Source: a bacterium (GTDB taxonomy: Bacteria > Patescibacteriota > Minisyncoccia > Moranbacterales > DUUL01). From it: a DNA stretch of 64,000 nt. Of the stretch, positions 1-9,845 are shown in pieces (within the stretch, counting starts at the first letter, position 1; every line of letters begins with the position of its first letter). The stretch is from positions 49,283 through 113,282 of the forward strand of contig JABGXP010000007.1 in assembly GCA_018675685.1 (NCBI GenBank). Direction: 5' to 3'. The notes below the pieces were generated by a model that saw only the letters and a program-made list of their open reading frames with translations, searched no databases and was not told the DNA's origin. The position numbers and the translations under genes are program-made.

Positions 1-5
1 ACAGC

Positions 6-46
6 AAAAGCCCCGTTTTTCCTTTTGGAAAAACGGGGCTTTAATA
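6..46. terminator. Rho-independent terminator hairpin (AAAAGCCCCGTTTTTCC / GGAAAAACGGGGCTTT) downstream of the minus-strand pilin-like gene ending at 59
   Basis: Perfect ~14-bp GC-containing inverted repeat flanked by A/T runs on both sides, read directly from the sequence. Confidence 0.7.
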
Positions 47-58
47 TTGAAAATTCCT

Positions 59-436
59 CTAGCGCAAAAGAGCATCAATTGTATTGATCAACACCAACGC
101 TCCACCGACTGCAGCAACGCCAGTAACAGAGTAGATAAAAGCTTTCTTTGCCCCTTCAGCTTTATAGGGGTCTCCCATTGAAGTTAGATATTGAATTCCT
201 GTTACAACAAAGGCTATTACAGCGAGTAACATAAAGATCCCAAGTAGCCATGCCATGAAATTAAGGACAACTTGCACAACCGGACCTTGACCCGTTGTGT
301 CGGTTACATTTGGCAGACCAGTACCTGTTGGGATTGTTATTCCTGCAGCAGAAACACTGGCGGCTGAAAAACCAACAAGCCCGAAACCGAAGACAATAAA
401 CAATAAGAGTAGCAGTGTAGAAGTTATTTTTTTCAT
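59..436 (-). CDS. T4SS-pilin-like (TrbC/VirB2-like) small membrane protein, paralog 1
   Basis: Signal peptide, then two TM helices with the motif IQYLTSMGDP...KAEGAKKAFIYSVTGVAAV; resembles the CPR 'T4SS_pilin' family architecture. Confidence 0.6.
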   Translation of the reverse strand: MKKITSTLLLLLFIVFGFGLVGFSAASVSAAGITIPTGTGLPNVTDTTGQGPVVQVVLNFMAWLLGIFMLLAVIAFVVTGIQYLTSMGDPYKAEGAKKAFIYSVTGVAAVGGALVLINTIDALLR

Positions 437-471
437 AAGATTTCAATGGTTATTTTTTGCAAATTATATAA

Positions 472-867
472 TTATCCTTCTGTTTGGACTAGCCCTGACA
501 TTAAAGTGCTGACGAATGTTATGACAACATAGCCAGAGATTCCAACTGCAACGCCAATCGTTGCATACTGAACATATTTTTTAGCAGTAGCAGCTTGTTG
601 AGCGTCGCCGCCTGTCGTTAGAAACATCATACCAGCCAAAACAAAAGCAATCACACAGATAAAAGTAAAAATAAGTAGCAACCATTGCAACAAAACAAAG
701 ACAACCACCTGGACCTGATTTTCTGGAAGAGCTGAACCATCTCGCGCAAGGTTATAGCCTACTTGCCAACCAGCGGCTGCTGACGCAGAAGGGATTTGTA
801 CCAAGAAAAGAAATAAGGGCAAAAAGCAGACCATTGTTGCTAGGATTGTCTTGGTTATTTTTCTCAT
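472..867 (-). CDS. T4SS-pilin-like small membrane protein, paralog 2
   Basis: Signal peptide (PSASAAAG), motif LLQWLLLIFTFICVIAFVLAGMMFLTTGGDAQ...AKKYVQYATIGVAV; 2-bp gap to next paralog. Confidence 0.6.
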   Translation of the reverse strand: MRKITKTILATMVCFLPLFLFLVQIPSASAAAGWQVGYNLARDGSALPENQVQVVVFVLLQWLLLIFTFICVIAFVLAGMMFLTTGGDAQQAATAKKYVQYATIGVAVGISGYVVITFVSTLMSGLVQTEG

Positions 868-869
868 AA

Positions 870-1229
870 TTATATTATAAAATGTTTAATAGTATTTATC
901 AAAAGATAGCCTATAAGAGAAGATATTATTCCTACAACGGAGGCAATAGAAATTTTACGAGCAGAGTTTAGCATTGACTCACTGCCCCCTGCGATTATAA
1001 ATCGAATACCAGCAACAATTAATCCAATAATAGAGACTAGAAAGAATATTCCCAAAAAAATATTAATAGCACCAATGGTAGTGTTTAATGTCTTTAATCC
1101 TTGCTGTGCGAATGTTGATGGAACTTCACGTTCTTCTTCGACAATAAATTGAGCAGAAACTAAAAGTGGAGAAGTGAGAATGCTTAATAAAAAAAAGGTT
1201 GAAGCTATTTTTTTTATATTTTTTTTCAT
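870..1229 (-). CDS. T4SS-pilin-like small membrane protein, paralog 3
   Basis: Signal peptide (LLVSAQF), motif IIGLIVAGIRFIIAGGSESMLNSARKISIASVVGII. Confidence 0.55.
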   Translation of the reverse strand: MKKNIKKIASTFFLLSILTSPLLVSAQFIVEEEREVPSTFAQQGLKTLNTTIGAINIFLGIFFLVSIIGLIVAGIRFIIAGGSESMLNSARKISIASVVGIISSLIGYLLINTIKHFII

Positions 1230-1326
1230 TTTTAAATTTAAGAGCTATTTTCTAAATTATAGCAATTAAAATAAAAAATAACAAACTATAAATAGCTTGT
1301 TATTTTTTATTTTTGAAGAGAACCTA

Positions 1327-1722
1327 CTAGCCTTCTTGCTGTACTTGTCCGCCAATCATAGTAGAAATGAATGTAGTCATAACGTAACCTAGAAGAGCAA
1401 CAATGATACCAATAATGGAGTAAGTAAGCCACTTTCTCGCTTCGTCTGCTCGATCTGATCCTCCAGCTGTGATGTACATAATACCAGAGATTACGAATCC
1501 CATAACAGCTAAGAATGTCAAAATTAGAAGCAACCACTGCAGGATAGTGAAAATAATTTGAGCAACACTCGTATTATTTAATCCAGTGGAAGCCATATTT
1601 CGATTAATTTGCCAACCTCCTGTACCTCCAGGAGCTGCTGCTGCTGCTTGAACAAATACTGGAACCATCATGAGCCCTAGTGCAACACTAAACGCTAAAA
1701 AATGTTTTTTTGTTAATTTCAT
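1327..1722 (-). CDS. T4SS-pilin-like small membrane protein, paralog 4
   Basis: Signal peptide (VFVQAAAAA), motif ILQWLLLILTFLAVMGFVISGIMYITAGGSDRADEARKWLTYSIIGIIVAL; imperfect hairpin plus T-run downstream. Confidence 0.6.
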   Translation of the reverse strand: MKLTKKHFLAFSVALGLMMVPVFVQAAAAAPGGTGGWQINRNMASTGLNNTSVAQIIFTILQWLLLILTFLAVMGFVISGIMYITAGGSDRADEARKWLTYSIIGIIVALLGYVMTTFISTMIGGQVQQEG

Positions 1723-1797
1723 ATTTTCACCCGTCTTTCTAGTATTATTTTTTTATATTATGATATGTATCTATCTTTTTTTGTTTGAGTCCTCTCG

Positions 1798-2430
1798 TTA
1801 GGTCAATAAGAGGATTATTTGTCTTACTATTATCAGTGCGGCACCAGCTATTGCAATTCCACCAAGGGAATATTTAACAGCTTCTTTAGCTTTTTGTGCC
1901 TGTGAACTGTCACCAGATGCTAACAGATATAATAAGCCACTAATTGTTAAACCTATTATACCAAGGATGCCAGTGATTGACAAGAGAAAGGTTAAAACCC
2001 TTCCTATGATGGCTATAAGCGTTGGTGCAGCAGCGATATCCGTTGGAACCGCAGCATTTACATCGCCATAAACCGAGAATTTAATTTGGTATAAAAAGGA
2101 AGGTCCAGCACCGGCAAGCACAAGACCGATGATTGCGCTAGTAACGCATACTTTACCCGCGGTAGCCATTGCCTGACTTCCTCCAGCCGTCATGTACAGA
2201 ATTGCTCCGATAACAATAAACATAACTGCCAGAAATGCTATTATTCCTTGCAAGTGTAGCATCACTTCTTCAAAAAAAGCCGTTATGCTGTCTGAAATAA
2301 GGAGGGGATTATTTAAACCACCTCCATCTGCTGCGGAGCTATATGTACCAGCTAGAGCAAAGTGAGAAGTTAAAAACAAAAAAGACAGCACAATAAACGC
2401 TAGGGAGGTTGGGTGAATCATTTTTTTCAC
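1798..2430 (-). CDS. Tandem double T4SS-pilin-like membrane protein (two pilin-like domains fused)
   Basis: Two copies of the ...AV..I..G..LY.TAGGS...A.. motif (IGAILYMTAGGSQAMATAGK and ISGLLYLLASGDSSQAQKAKEAVKY) in 210 aa, each preceded by hydrophobic helices. Confidence 0.55.
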   Translation of the reverse strand: MKKMIHPTSLAFIVLSFLFLTSHFALAGTYSSAADGGGLNNPLLISDSITAFFEEVMLHLQGIIAFLAVMFIVIGAILYMTAGGSQAMATAGKVCVTSAIIGLVLAGAGPSFLYQIKFSVYGDVNAAVPTDIAAAPTLIAIIGRVLTFLLSITGILGIIGLTISGLLYLLASGDSSQAQKAKEAVKYSLGGIAIAGAALIIVRQIILLLT

Positions 2431-2508
2431 TTTTTTGTTTTGACTAAAGACTTATTTGATACTAGTAAGTATAGCACAAGTTTTTTATTTTTTAAATTTT
2501 TTGAATAG

Positions 2509-4116
2509 CTATTCTATTTCAGGACTTATATAAACTACACTGAAATCATCAGCATAAATCTCTTTCCAGTTTTTTTCTAAATATTCTCTCAGGGTGTCTG
2601 TTCCTTCAAAGTCTTTGATATCAACAGAAAAGAGATATTTAAGAATAAATTTTTGATAACTCGGCAGAGAGTCGGCAACTGAACGTTCTTGAGAAAGAAG
2701 AGCTATTTTGATATCATATTGAGTCAATTTTTCTTTCGTTAGAATAGCGTCTTCTCTGAATAAATGGTACTCCTCTATAAAAGAGGTTCCATCTGTTAAT
2801 GGTTTTTGTGGCATTCTTCCATCAATAAAGTGCAGTTTTTCTGGCCACATCCACACTAAGTACCCCCCCCAGCCATATTTATTATAGATATTGTAAGGAT
2901 GTAATTGTTTGTTTTCTTTTAAAAATGCGACTGCCTTGTATGGAGCCATTGGGGTGTTTTGAATCAAAAGATTTTTTGGAACAGTGGAAGCGTATACTAA
3001 TTTATTACATATAATAGGTAGTGCGATTATGCATACAATGATCCCAAAATATTTTTTGATTATTTTCCCATCGAGCATTTTTGAGATTGCAAAGATGGCG
3101 AAAGGAAATGAGCATAAAGCAAACATTGAGATGAAACGACGAGATTTAACTGAAATAAGTAACGTAAAAATAACAAAAATAGAATAAAGCAAAACACTAG
3201 GTTTTTTAGGTAGAGTCTTAAGAATCAGGGATATTAAGAAGACAAAAATAATCAGGGATAAATAGAAAGTAGCATACCACTCAATGTAGGGGGCTGCATA
3301 CAGAGGAAGCCATTCGAATATTCTAACTAGATAAGAAGTGTTTTGAGTATACTCACCAGCAATTAATTTCCATAGTTCAATCCCATAGGGAGTCAGTAGT
3401 GTTGAAAAAATTGTTAAAAATCCAGCAATGGTTATTTTGACACGCAATACCTTTTCTTTGTTTTTGTAAAATAAAAAAGCGAGCAGCAGCAAGGAAATAG
3501 CAAGGCCCAAAACAAATGTTCCATGCAGATTTGCCCATAAACAGAAAAGAACGGGGAATGCCCATAAATATTTTAATTTACGCTCTTTTTCTATTTTAAA
3601 ATAAAGCCAAAAACACAAAACAAAAAAAAGCCAAGTCATAACTTGCAAGCGAATTCCATATGAACGCAAGAGAGCAAGTGTCGCGAGAGTTGTAAAAACT
3701 GTGTTAAGGAAGAAAAAATCCCAACGAGGAAGTTCGGCGACAAAATATTTACGATTTATTTTAGCAACTAAACTGACTGTCCCGAGAGCTATTAATGCAA
3801 AGATGATGCCTAATGACCAATACCCAAAGTTTCCAAAAAAACTATAGATATTAAAAAGCAAAAGATTGCTCAACCATTCATGATCAACCCAATGTTCTCC
3901 GAGAGTAGGGAATAGATATTTCTCGATGGAAGGCACTTGTCTTGTGATTGATATTTCTTCACCAACTCGAAGATGCCAAGCAAAGTCAGGGTCAAGATTT
4001 TGAATTCCTGTTACAAAAAATGTCAAAAAAATCGCGCTCCAAAATAAAATATTGGAAACTAAAAAAAGTTTGTCCCCATTTATTTTTGAGGATAATTTTT
4101 TCAAAGTTTTTTTCAT
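2509..4116 (-). CDS. Large polytopic membrane protein, candidate GT-C-fold glycosyltransferase (ArnT/PMT/YfhO-like) embedded in the pilin-like array
   Basis: ~12 predicted TM helices, then a C-terminal soluble domain; N-proximal loop motif DPDFAWHLRVGEEI...GEHWVDHEWL resembles GT-C loop motifs. Start moved to the internal MKKTLKK (position 4116) to avoid overlap with the upstream gene. Confidence 0.35.
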   Translation of the reverse strand: MKKTLKKLSSKINGDKLFLVSNILFWSAIFLTFFVTGIQNLDPDFAWHLRVGEEISITRQVPSIEKYLFPTLGEHWVDHEWLSNLLLFNIYSFFGNFGYWSLGIIFALIALGTVSLVAKINRKYFVAELPRWDFFFLNTVFTTLATLALLRSYGIRLQVMTWLFFVLCFWLYFKIEKERKLKYLWAFPVLFCLWANLHGTFVLGLAISLLLLAFLFYKNKEKVLRVKITIAGFLTIFSTLLTPYGIELWKLIAGEYTQNTSYLVRIFEWLPLYAAPYIEWYATFYLSLIIFVFLISLILKTLPKKPSVLLYSIFVIFTLLISVKSRRFISMFALCSFPFAIFAISKMLDGKIIKKYFGIIVCIIALPIICNKLVYASTVPKNLLIQNTPMAPYKAVAFLKENKQLHPYNIYNKYGWGGYLVWMWPEKLHFIDGRMPQKPLTDGTSFIEEYHLFREDAILTKEKLTQYDIKIALLSQERSVADSLPSYQKFILKYLFSVDIKDFEGTDTLREYLEKNWKEIYADDFSVVYISPEIE

Positions 4117-4148
4117 TAGAAAGATTTTTGAAAGATAGTAATAGTTTC

Positions 4149-4778
4149 TTAACTCAGCAGAGCCAATACTTGCTTGATAATCATCAAAGAAGCACCAGAG
4201 ACACAAACTGCAATAATCGAGTATGTGACAACTCTTTTTCCACTGTCAGCCTTTGTTTGGTCGCCTCCTGAAGTGATATACATAATACCTCCGATAATAA
4301 AACTGATAACAGAGGACACGCCCACCAGTACTAGGAGAAATTGCATTACGTCGGTCACAATTTCTTGGATTGTTTTAGCACCTGAAATTGCCGTAGGAGG
4401 ACCTCCACCAGCACCAAGGGTTGCGATGTCTTTGACCTCTTTTAGAAGTGAAGGTGCTGCGACTGCAACAGCAAATCCAATAAGAGATGTTAAGACAATA
4501 GCTTTCCCTTTTGCTGTTTGAGCCGGTGATCCTCCTGAAGTTACATAAACTAGTCCACCAATAATAATCATAACCACTGCAAGCCAACCGACAATACCTT
4601 GGATTTGTACAAGTAAATTTCCAAACCAACCAGAAAAACTGGTGACAGTCAAAGGATTCGTGTAGCTGTGGGTGTTGTTAACAGCAAGGGCTGAATTAAG
4701 CTCAAAAATGTTCGAGTTTAAGGAGAGAGGTAGACAGAGGACTATAGCTAGAAAGCATACAAAAAATAAAGATCTCAT
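4149..4778 (-). CDS. Tandem double T4SS-pilin-like membrane protein
   Basis: Two pilin-like modules (IIGGLVYVTSGGSPAQTAKGKAIVLTSLIGFAVAVAA and IIGGIMYITSGGDQTKADSGKRVVTYSIIAVCV). Start placed at the internal MRSLFF (4778) because the longer ORF would overlap the next gene by 140 bp. Confidence 0.55.
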   Translation of the reverse strand: MRSLFFVCFLAIVLCLPLSLNSNIFELNSALAVNNTHSYTNPLTVTSFSGWFGNLLVQIQGIVGWLAVVMIIIGGLVYVTSGGSPAQTAKGKAIVLTSLIGFAVAVAAPSLLKEVKDIATLGAGGGPPTAISGAKTIQEIVTDVMQFLLVLVGVSSVISFIIGGIMYITSGGDQTKADSGKRVVTYSIIAVCVSGASLMIIKQVLALLS

Positions 4779-4803
4779 GTTGTTATTTTTAAAAATAATT
4801 ATC

Positions 4804-5346
4804 CTAGTCAAAATCACTTGTAATTTCACAAGTGAACTCGTACCAATTAGAACCAGCGCCAATTCCAATAGTCCCAGCTGTGTTTGCAGAAAGGAATACA
4901 AGGATTGTATAAACAAACATCCAAGCAAGAATAAAACCAGCAAATCCCATTAATGTTTTTGTTATTACCCCCTTTGCAAAACTTGCTGTTCCAGGATTTC
5001 CGGCTGATAATAAATAAACAACCCCGCTAATCGTCAGCATCAACAAGGCAATAATAATTATCCAAGCAAACATTAAATCGAAGATGTTTTTTACCATAAT
5101 AAGCAGGTGACAAAGTGTGCAATTTTGGGTTTCATCGTATGGTGATGATGTTCTAGTATCATCACATGTTCTGCCACAGGGAACAATGGATCTTTTAAAG
5201 GTTAATATATCAATTCCGGCCAGTCCCTCACTTGGTTGAGCTGCAGTACAGGGAGCAGCACTAACTGTTTGAACGTTGAGAGTGAGAAATAATCCAAAGG
5301 AAAAAGCAAGAGTAAAAACAAGTGCTAAAAATTTCATTTTTATCAT
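4804..5346 (-). CDS. T4SS-pilin-like protein with Cys-rich N-terminal extracytoplasmic extension
   Basis: Signal peptide (QTVSAAP); ~70-aa region with 6 Cys; pilin-like module ISGVVYLLSAGNPGTASFAKGVITKTLMGFAGFILA. Confidence 0.5.
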   Translation of the reverse strand: MIKMKFLALVFTLAFSFGLFLTLNVQTVSAAPCTAAQPSEGLAGIDILTFKRSIVPCGRTCDDTRTSSPYDETQNCTLCHLLIMVKNIFDLMFAWIIIIALLMLTISGVVYLLSAGNPGTASFAKGVITKTLMGFAGFILAWMFVYTILVFLSANTAGTIGIGAGSNWYEFTCEITSDFD

Positions 5347-5374
5347 AAAATTGGTTAATGATTGTCTGTATTAG

Positions 5375-6715
5375 TTATTTCCAAATTGCTTTCAACCTTG
5401 CGGCTGCTCGATCAAGAGCATCTTTTACACTCGACTCTCCTCCTGAAACTTCATCTATTGCATCTGCCAAGATGTCATCAGCAGCCACCTCATCTGGGAC
5501 CACCCAGGATTTAGCTGTCAATGCTTGCTCGGCAAATAAACCTCGAAAAGCTTCCTTTTTTTGTTCCTCAATTAAATCTTTTCGAGCTGCAATTTTATTT
5601 GTTCGGTCTAGATATATTTTTGTTGGATCATTTCCTGAACCAGCTGACTTAGTCGTGAGGAAGGAAATGTATTTCCAAGCTTCACTAACTCTATCTTTGT
5701 TGGTATACCTTGCATCTGCAGGAATATTTTTGCTTTTTGCGACTGCTAGACCCCAGTAGTTAGCGAAGTTAACCTTGTTATCAAGATTTAGCTGAGGCAC
5801 TGGAGCAATCTCAAAGTTTAATTTTGGAGCGGATTTTTTCAACTGATCATATTTATAAGGGTACCCAATAATCATAGCCACTTCACCATCCTGGAATGCA
5901 TCATCAGAATAGTGCATTTTGTTACTCCAGGTATAGACATCTAAATCAGCTTTCGCAAATTGTGTATAGAAATCAAGAGCATTTACCCCGGGATCCACGC
6001 TAGTATCTGAAGCAGAAAAATCTATTGAATCGCGATTGCTCAAATTAGCTCCATTTTGTAGCATCATTAAAATAAGAATATCAGACGAACGATTGATCGC
6101 ACCAGGAGCTTTTGATCTTCCAAGGGCTATTGCTGATTGAGTAATATTACCAAATTCATCAATCTTAGTTAGAGCTTTTGTTTGTTTTTTGACTTCATCC
6201 CAAGTTTTAGGTGGAGCAGTGATTCCAGCTTGATTAAGGGAGTGTTTATTGTAGTAGAGAGCCAGTGTGTCGCAGTATAAAGGTAGTGCAAAAACCTCTC
6301 CTTCTTTGAAAAAATCCTGACTAACAACGTCCACGAAATCATTTTTATGCTTTGTCAAAAATGATTCACTGTTTGGCATCGCTGCAATTTTATTTTCATG
6401 TTTTTTGAGCCATGAATTACTAAAATAAAAAGCATCAGGTCCATTTCCACTAGCAAAAGCATCAATCAGCTCTTTTTCAAATTCCCGTGGATTGCTGGCT
6501 ATTTTTTTATAGATAACTTTTTCAACCCTTGGATTGCTCCCGATATAACCAGTGTTGATATCAGCAAAATTACCAGAGTCATCAAAAACACCCCAAATCT
6601 CCAGTGTTAGTTTGTAGGGAATCACCGTTCCTTTGTCACCACAACCAGAAAATAAAAAAGGAGTTAATGTTAAAATTGACACCAGTAAGAAACCGGTTAT
6701 TCTTCGATAATTCAT
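5375..6715 (-). CDS. Extracellular solute-binding lipoprotein (ABC transporter SBP family 1, sugar/oligosaccharide type)
   Basis: Lipobox LFSGCG after a signal peptide; SBP_bac_1-like regions (ALPLYCDTLALYYNK...AGITAPPKTWDEV); start taken at MNYRRITG. Confidence 0.6.
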   Translation of the reverse strand: MNYRRITGFLLVSILTLTPFLFSGCGDKGTVIPYKLTLEIWGVFDDSGNFADINTGYIGSNPRVEKVIYKKIASNPREFEKELIDAFASGNGPDAFYFSNSWLKKHENKIAAMPNSESFLTKHKNDFVDVVSQDFFKEGEVFALPLYCDTLALYYNKHSLNQAGITAPPKTWDEVKKQTKALTKIDEFGNITQSAIALGRSKAPGAINRSSDILILMMLQNGANLSNRDSIDFSASDTSVDPGVNALDFYTQFAKADLDVYTWSNKMHYSDDAFQDGEVAMIIGYPYKYDQLKKSAPKLNFEIAPVPQLNLDNKVNFANYWGLAVAKSKNIPADARYTNKDRVSEAWKYISFLTTKSAGSGNDPTKIYLDRTNKIAARKDLIEEQKKEAFRGLFAEQALTAKSWVVPDEVAADDILADAIDEVSGGESSVKDALDRAAARLKAIWK

Positions 6716-6864
6716 TTTGATTTTTATTTTATTATGTAAGTAGAATTGTTGCATAGTTCAACCCACTACAACTTTACATTTTTCTATTTTAAATTATAGC
6801 ATTAACAAAAAAACAAGGCAATTAGCCTTGCTCCTTTGAGATGTCTAATCATTTCGAAAAGGGT

Positions 6865-9339
6865 TTAGATTTTCATTACCGTTGACGCTGAAACCTTCTC
6901 ATCTTTTTTAAGTTTCATTATTCTAACACCCTGAGTTGCTCTATTAAGAACAGAGATGCTTTGTACTGGAACCTTAATAATCTGTCCTCTATTAGAACTT
7001 GTTATTAAATCTGCTTCAACGTCATTTGCTATGATATGTGCTGCAGAAATTTTGCCAGTCTTATTTGTTATATTCGCTGTCATAATTCCAGAACCACCCC
7101 TTGTTTGAAGTTTGTATTTGCTAATTGAAGTTCGTTTTCCGTAACCATTCTCTGTGATGATTAAGAATTGTTGTTTTTTTGTTTCTTCTTCACTGACAAC
7201 ATTCATTCCAACAACCTGGTCATCACCCTTGAGTTTAATAGAACGAACACCCGCAGCATTTCTTCCCATTGGCCTAACATTTTTTTCAGGAAATTTAATC
7301 GATTGAGCATTTTTTGTGCAAATGACAATATGATCTTCACCAGAGGTTGTTCCTACCCATTTCAAGGAGTCACCCTTAGTTAATCCAATTGCAATCAGCC
7401 CAGTTCTTCTTACATTTGCGAAATCTTGCAAAGCTGTTTTTTTGATTTTCCCAAGAACTGTTTGCATTATCATGTATTTTGCTTTGGAGTTTTTTTGGAT
7501 GGCTAGGATTGAAGTTATCTTTTCTTCAGGTGAAACTTGCAAGAAATTTACAATTGCATGACCCTTGCTTGTTCTTGAAGAAAGAGGGATTTCATAGGTT
7601 TTTAAACAAAACACTTTTCCAGTATCCGTAAAGAAAAACAAGTCATCATGAGTTGTGATTCCTAACACTTTATCTACAGCATCTCCTTCTTTAATTGATC
7701 CACCAATAACTCCTTTGCCACCTCTTTTTTGAGATTTAAATGTAGTTGGGTGCAGACGTTTGATGTAGCCATCTTCAGTCAAGCTTATAATTGTGTCTTC
7801 GTTGGGTATAAGATCTTCTTGTGAAAAATCCCCAACAGCACCCTTCATAACCTTTGTTTTTCTAGGAGTCCCAAACTTTTCCTTTAAACTGATTAATTCT
7901 TCGGAAACTATAGCAAGAATTTTTTTAGAGCTTTTTAAAAGTGTTTCGAGTTCTGAAATTAATTTTAACTTTTCTTTTAATTCGTCTTCAATTTTTTTCC
8001 TCTCCAACCCAGACAATGTCTGTAGTTTCATTTCCAAGATAGCAACAGTTTGTTTATCGGAAAGGCTAAAGTTTTTCATTAAATTAGTATGAGCCTCTTC
8101 CTTATTTTTTGATTTTTTGATTGTTTTAATGATTTCATCAATAAAATCAAGAGCTTTTTTTAGACCCTCTAAGATATGGGCTCGATCTTTCGCTTTATTC
8201 AATTCGAATTGTGTTCTTCTGGTGACAATGTTTTGTCTATGAATCACAAAATGCTCGATAATTGCTTTTAGATTTAGAATTTTTGGGTCACTCCCATCTA
8301 CAAGTGCTAACATGTTGAAATTAAAATTCTTCTGTAGCTCTGTCATCGAATATAACTTGTTCAAAGTCTTTTTTGGAAAAGCATCCTTTTTAAGATCAAT
8401 AGCAATTCGCACCCCGTCCTTATCTGATTCATCTCGGATGTCACGAATACCATCAAGCTTCCCCTCCTTAACAAGATTCGCAATTTTAATAATCAAATTT
8501 GACTTATTAGTCTGGTAGGTGATTTCTGAAATGATAATTTGGAACCTTCCTTTTTTATCTTCAACGATGTCAATTTTTGCCCTCGTTACAATTCCACCGC
8601 GTCCAGTTGTGTATGCTTCAATAATATCTCCTTGATTGTATATTACTCCAGAAGTAGGGAAGTCAGGACCCTTGATGTGATTTTTTACCAGCTCCTCAAT
8701 TGAAATATCGGGATTTTCAATGTATGCATTAATGCCGTCAATAACCTCTGATAGATTGTGAGGTGGAATATTAGTAGCCATTCCAACAGCAATCCCCGTT
8801 GTTCCGTTAACTAATAATTGAGGAAGTTTTGAAGGAAGGTAGGAAGGTTCTTTTCTTGAACCATCATAGTTATCAACCCAAGGCACGGTCTCTTTGTCTA
8901 TGTCTGTTAGTATTTCGGATGAAAGTGCAGCCATTTTAGCCTCCGTATAACGCATTGCAGCAGGACTATCGCCATCCATTGAACCAAAATTTCCTTGGCC
9001 GTCAACTAATGGATCTCTAAGTGAGAAATCTTGAGCCATTCGTACCATTGCCTCATAAACAGAACTATCACCGTGCGGGTGATATTTACCAAGAACCTCA
9101 CCTACAACAGTTGCACTTTTTCGATATTTAGCGCTATGTTTCAAACCAAGTCGCCACATTGCATAAAGAATCCTTCTTTGTACTGGCTTTAGACCATCTC
9201 GTACATCCGGGAGAGCTCTGGAGACGATTACACTCATTGCATAAGAGAGATATGATTCCTCCATCTCCTGGGTAATTGGACGATTCTGAATTTTCCCAAT
9301 ATCACTGTTGTTTTCCTTGTTTTCCTGTTCCTTCTCCAT
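6865..9339 (-). CDS. gyrA: DNA gyrase subunit A
   Basis: Canonical GyrA N-terminus ([29 protein letters not shown]), catalytic Tyr region, C-terminal beta-pinwheel repeats; 824 aa. Confidence 0.95.
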   Translation of the reverse strand: MEKEQENKENNSDIGKIQNRPITQEMEESYLSYAMSVIVSRALPDVRDGLKPVQRRILYAMWRLGLKHSAKYRKSATVVGEVLGKYHPHGDSSVYEAMVRMAQDFSLRDPLVDGQGNFGSMDGDSPAAMRYTEAKMAALSSEILTDIDKETVPWVDNYDGSRKEPSYLPSKLPQLLVNGTTGIAVGMATNIPPHNLSEVIDGINAYIENPDISIEELVKNHIKGPDFPTSGVIYNQGDIIEAYTTGRGGIVTRAKIDIVEDKKGRFQIIISEITYQTNKSNLIIKIANLVKEGKLDGIRDIRDESDKDGVRIAIDLKKDAFPKKTLNKLYSMTELQKNFNFNMLALVDGSDPKILNLKAIIEHFVIHRQNIVTRRTQFELNKAKDRAHILEGLKKALDFIDEIIKTIKKSKNKEEAHTNLMKNFSLSDKQTVAILEMKLQTLSGLERKKIEDELKEKLKLISELETLLKSSKKILAIVSEELISLKEKFGTPRKTKVMKGAVGDFSQEDLIPNEDTIISLTEDGYIKRLHPTTFKSQKRGGKGVIGGSIKEGDAVDKVLGITTHDDLFFFTDTGKVFCLKTYEIPLSSRTSKGHAIVNFLQVSPEEKITSILAIQKNSKAKYMIMQTVLGKIKKTALQDFANVRRTGLIAIGLTKGDSLKWVGTTSGEDHIVICTKNAQSIKFPEKNVRPMGRNAAGVRSIKLKGDDQVVGMNVVSEEETKKQQFLIITENGYGKRTSISKYKLQTRGGSGIMTANITNKTGKISAAHIIANDVEADLITSSNRGQIIKVPVQSISVLNRATQGVRIMKLKKDEKVSASTVMKI

Positions 9340-9514
9340 AATTAGTCGTTAATTTTTTTCTTTAAATTGTTTTTTGTAGTCACAAACAAAAGTTGCGAAA
9401 GAATCTTCTTCTTTCGCTGTTTCTTTCGCTAGACTTATCAAGAAAAATTTTCAAAACCTTTAATTAGTTTATAAAAATTTATCTCGATAAGTCTGTATAT
9501 ATTTTAATATGCAG

Positions 9515-9820
9515 CTATCTTCCCAGGAATTTATCCCAAAGTGATTTTTCTTTCTCTATTACATTGACGGAGGCAGCCATATCTTGCTTCGAGAGTTCAG
9601 TTGTAACGCTGTCACCGTTTTGTCTGATAGAAGGAAGACTATTTCTAAATTCCCCAGATTGTTGGTTGTCAGAATTAATAAGAGCAAAAGTTGATTGACG
9701 AACGTTGTACCCAGCAATCAAAAGCCAAGCAGAAACAACAGCTACTCCGACTACGAAAGTTGCAAAAATAGCAACGTTTCTTCTATAAGACTCTGGCTTT
9801 TCTAGAATTTGATCCAACAT
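9515..9820 (-). CDS. Hypothetical small membrane protein
   Basis: Single TM helix (VAIFATFVVGVAVVSAWLLIAG); no recognisable motif. Confidence 0.3.
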   Translation of the reverse strand: MLDQILEKPESYRRNVAIFATFVVGVAVVSAWLLIAGYNVRQSTFALINSDNQQSGEFRNSLPSIRQNGDSVTTELSKQDMAASVNVIEKEKSLWDKFLGR

Positions 9821-9845
9821 AATTTTGTTTTAAGGGTTTATTTTT

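Noticed and set aside
261-512. ORFs 261-446 (-) and 297-512 (+) and similar ones at 1307-1537, 4174-4521, 4375-4629
   Set aside because: Alternative frames or antisense of the pilin-like genes; the pilin-like frames carry the coherent signal-peptide/TM architecture.
7168-8518. Several 60-100-aa plus-strand ORFs (7168-7383, 7793-8092, 8312-8518)
   Set aside because: Antisense to the well-supported gyrA gene; low-complexity translations typical of antisense frames in AT-rich DNA.
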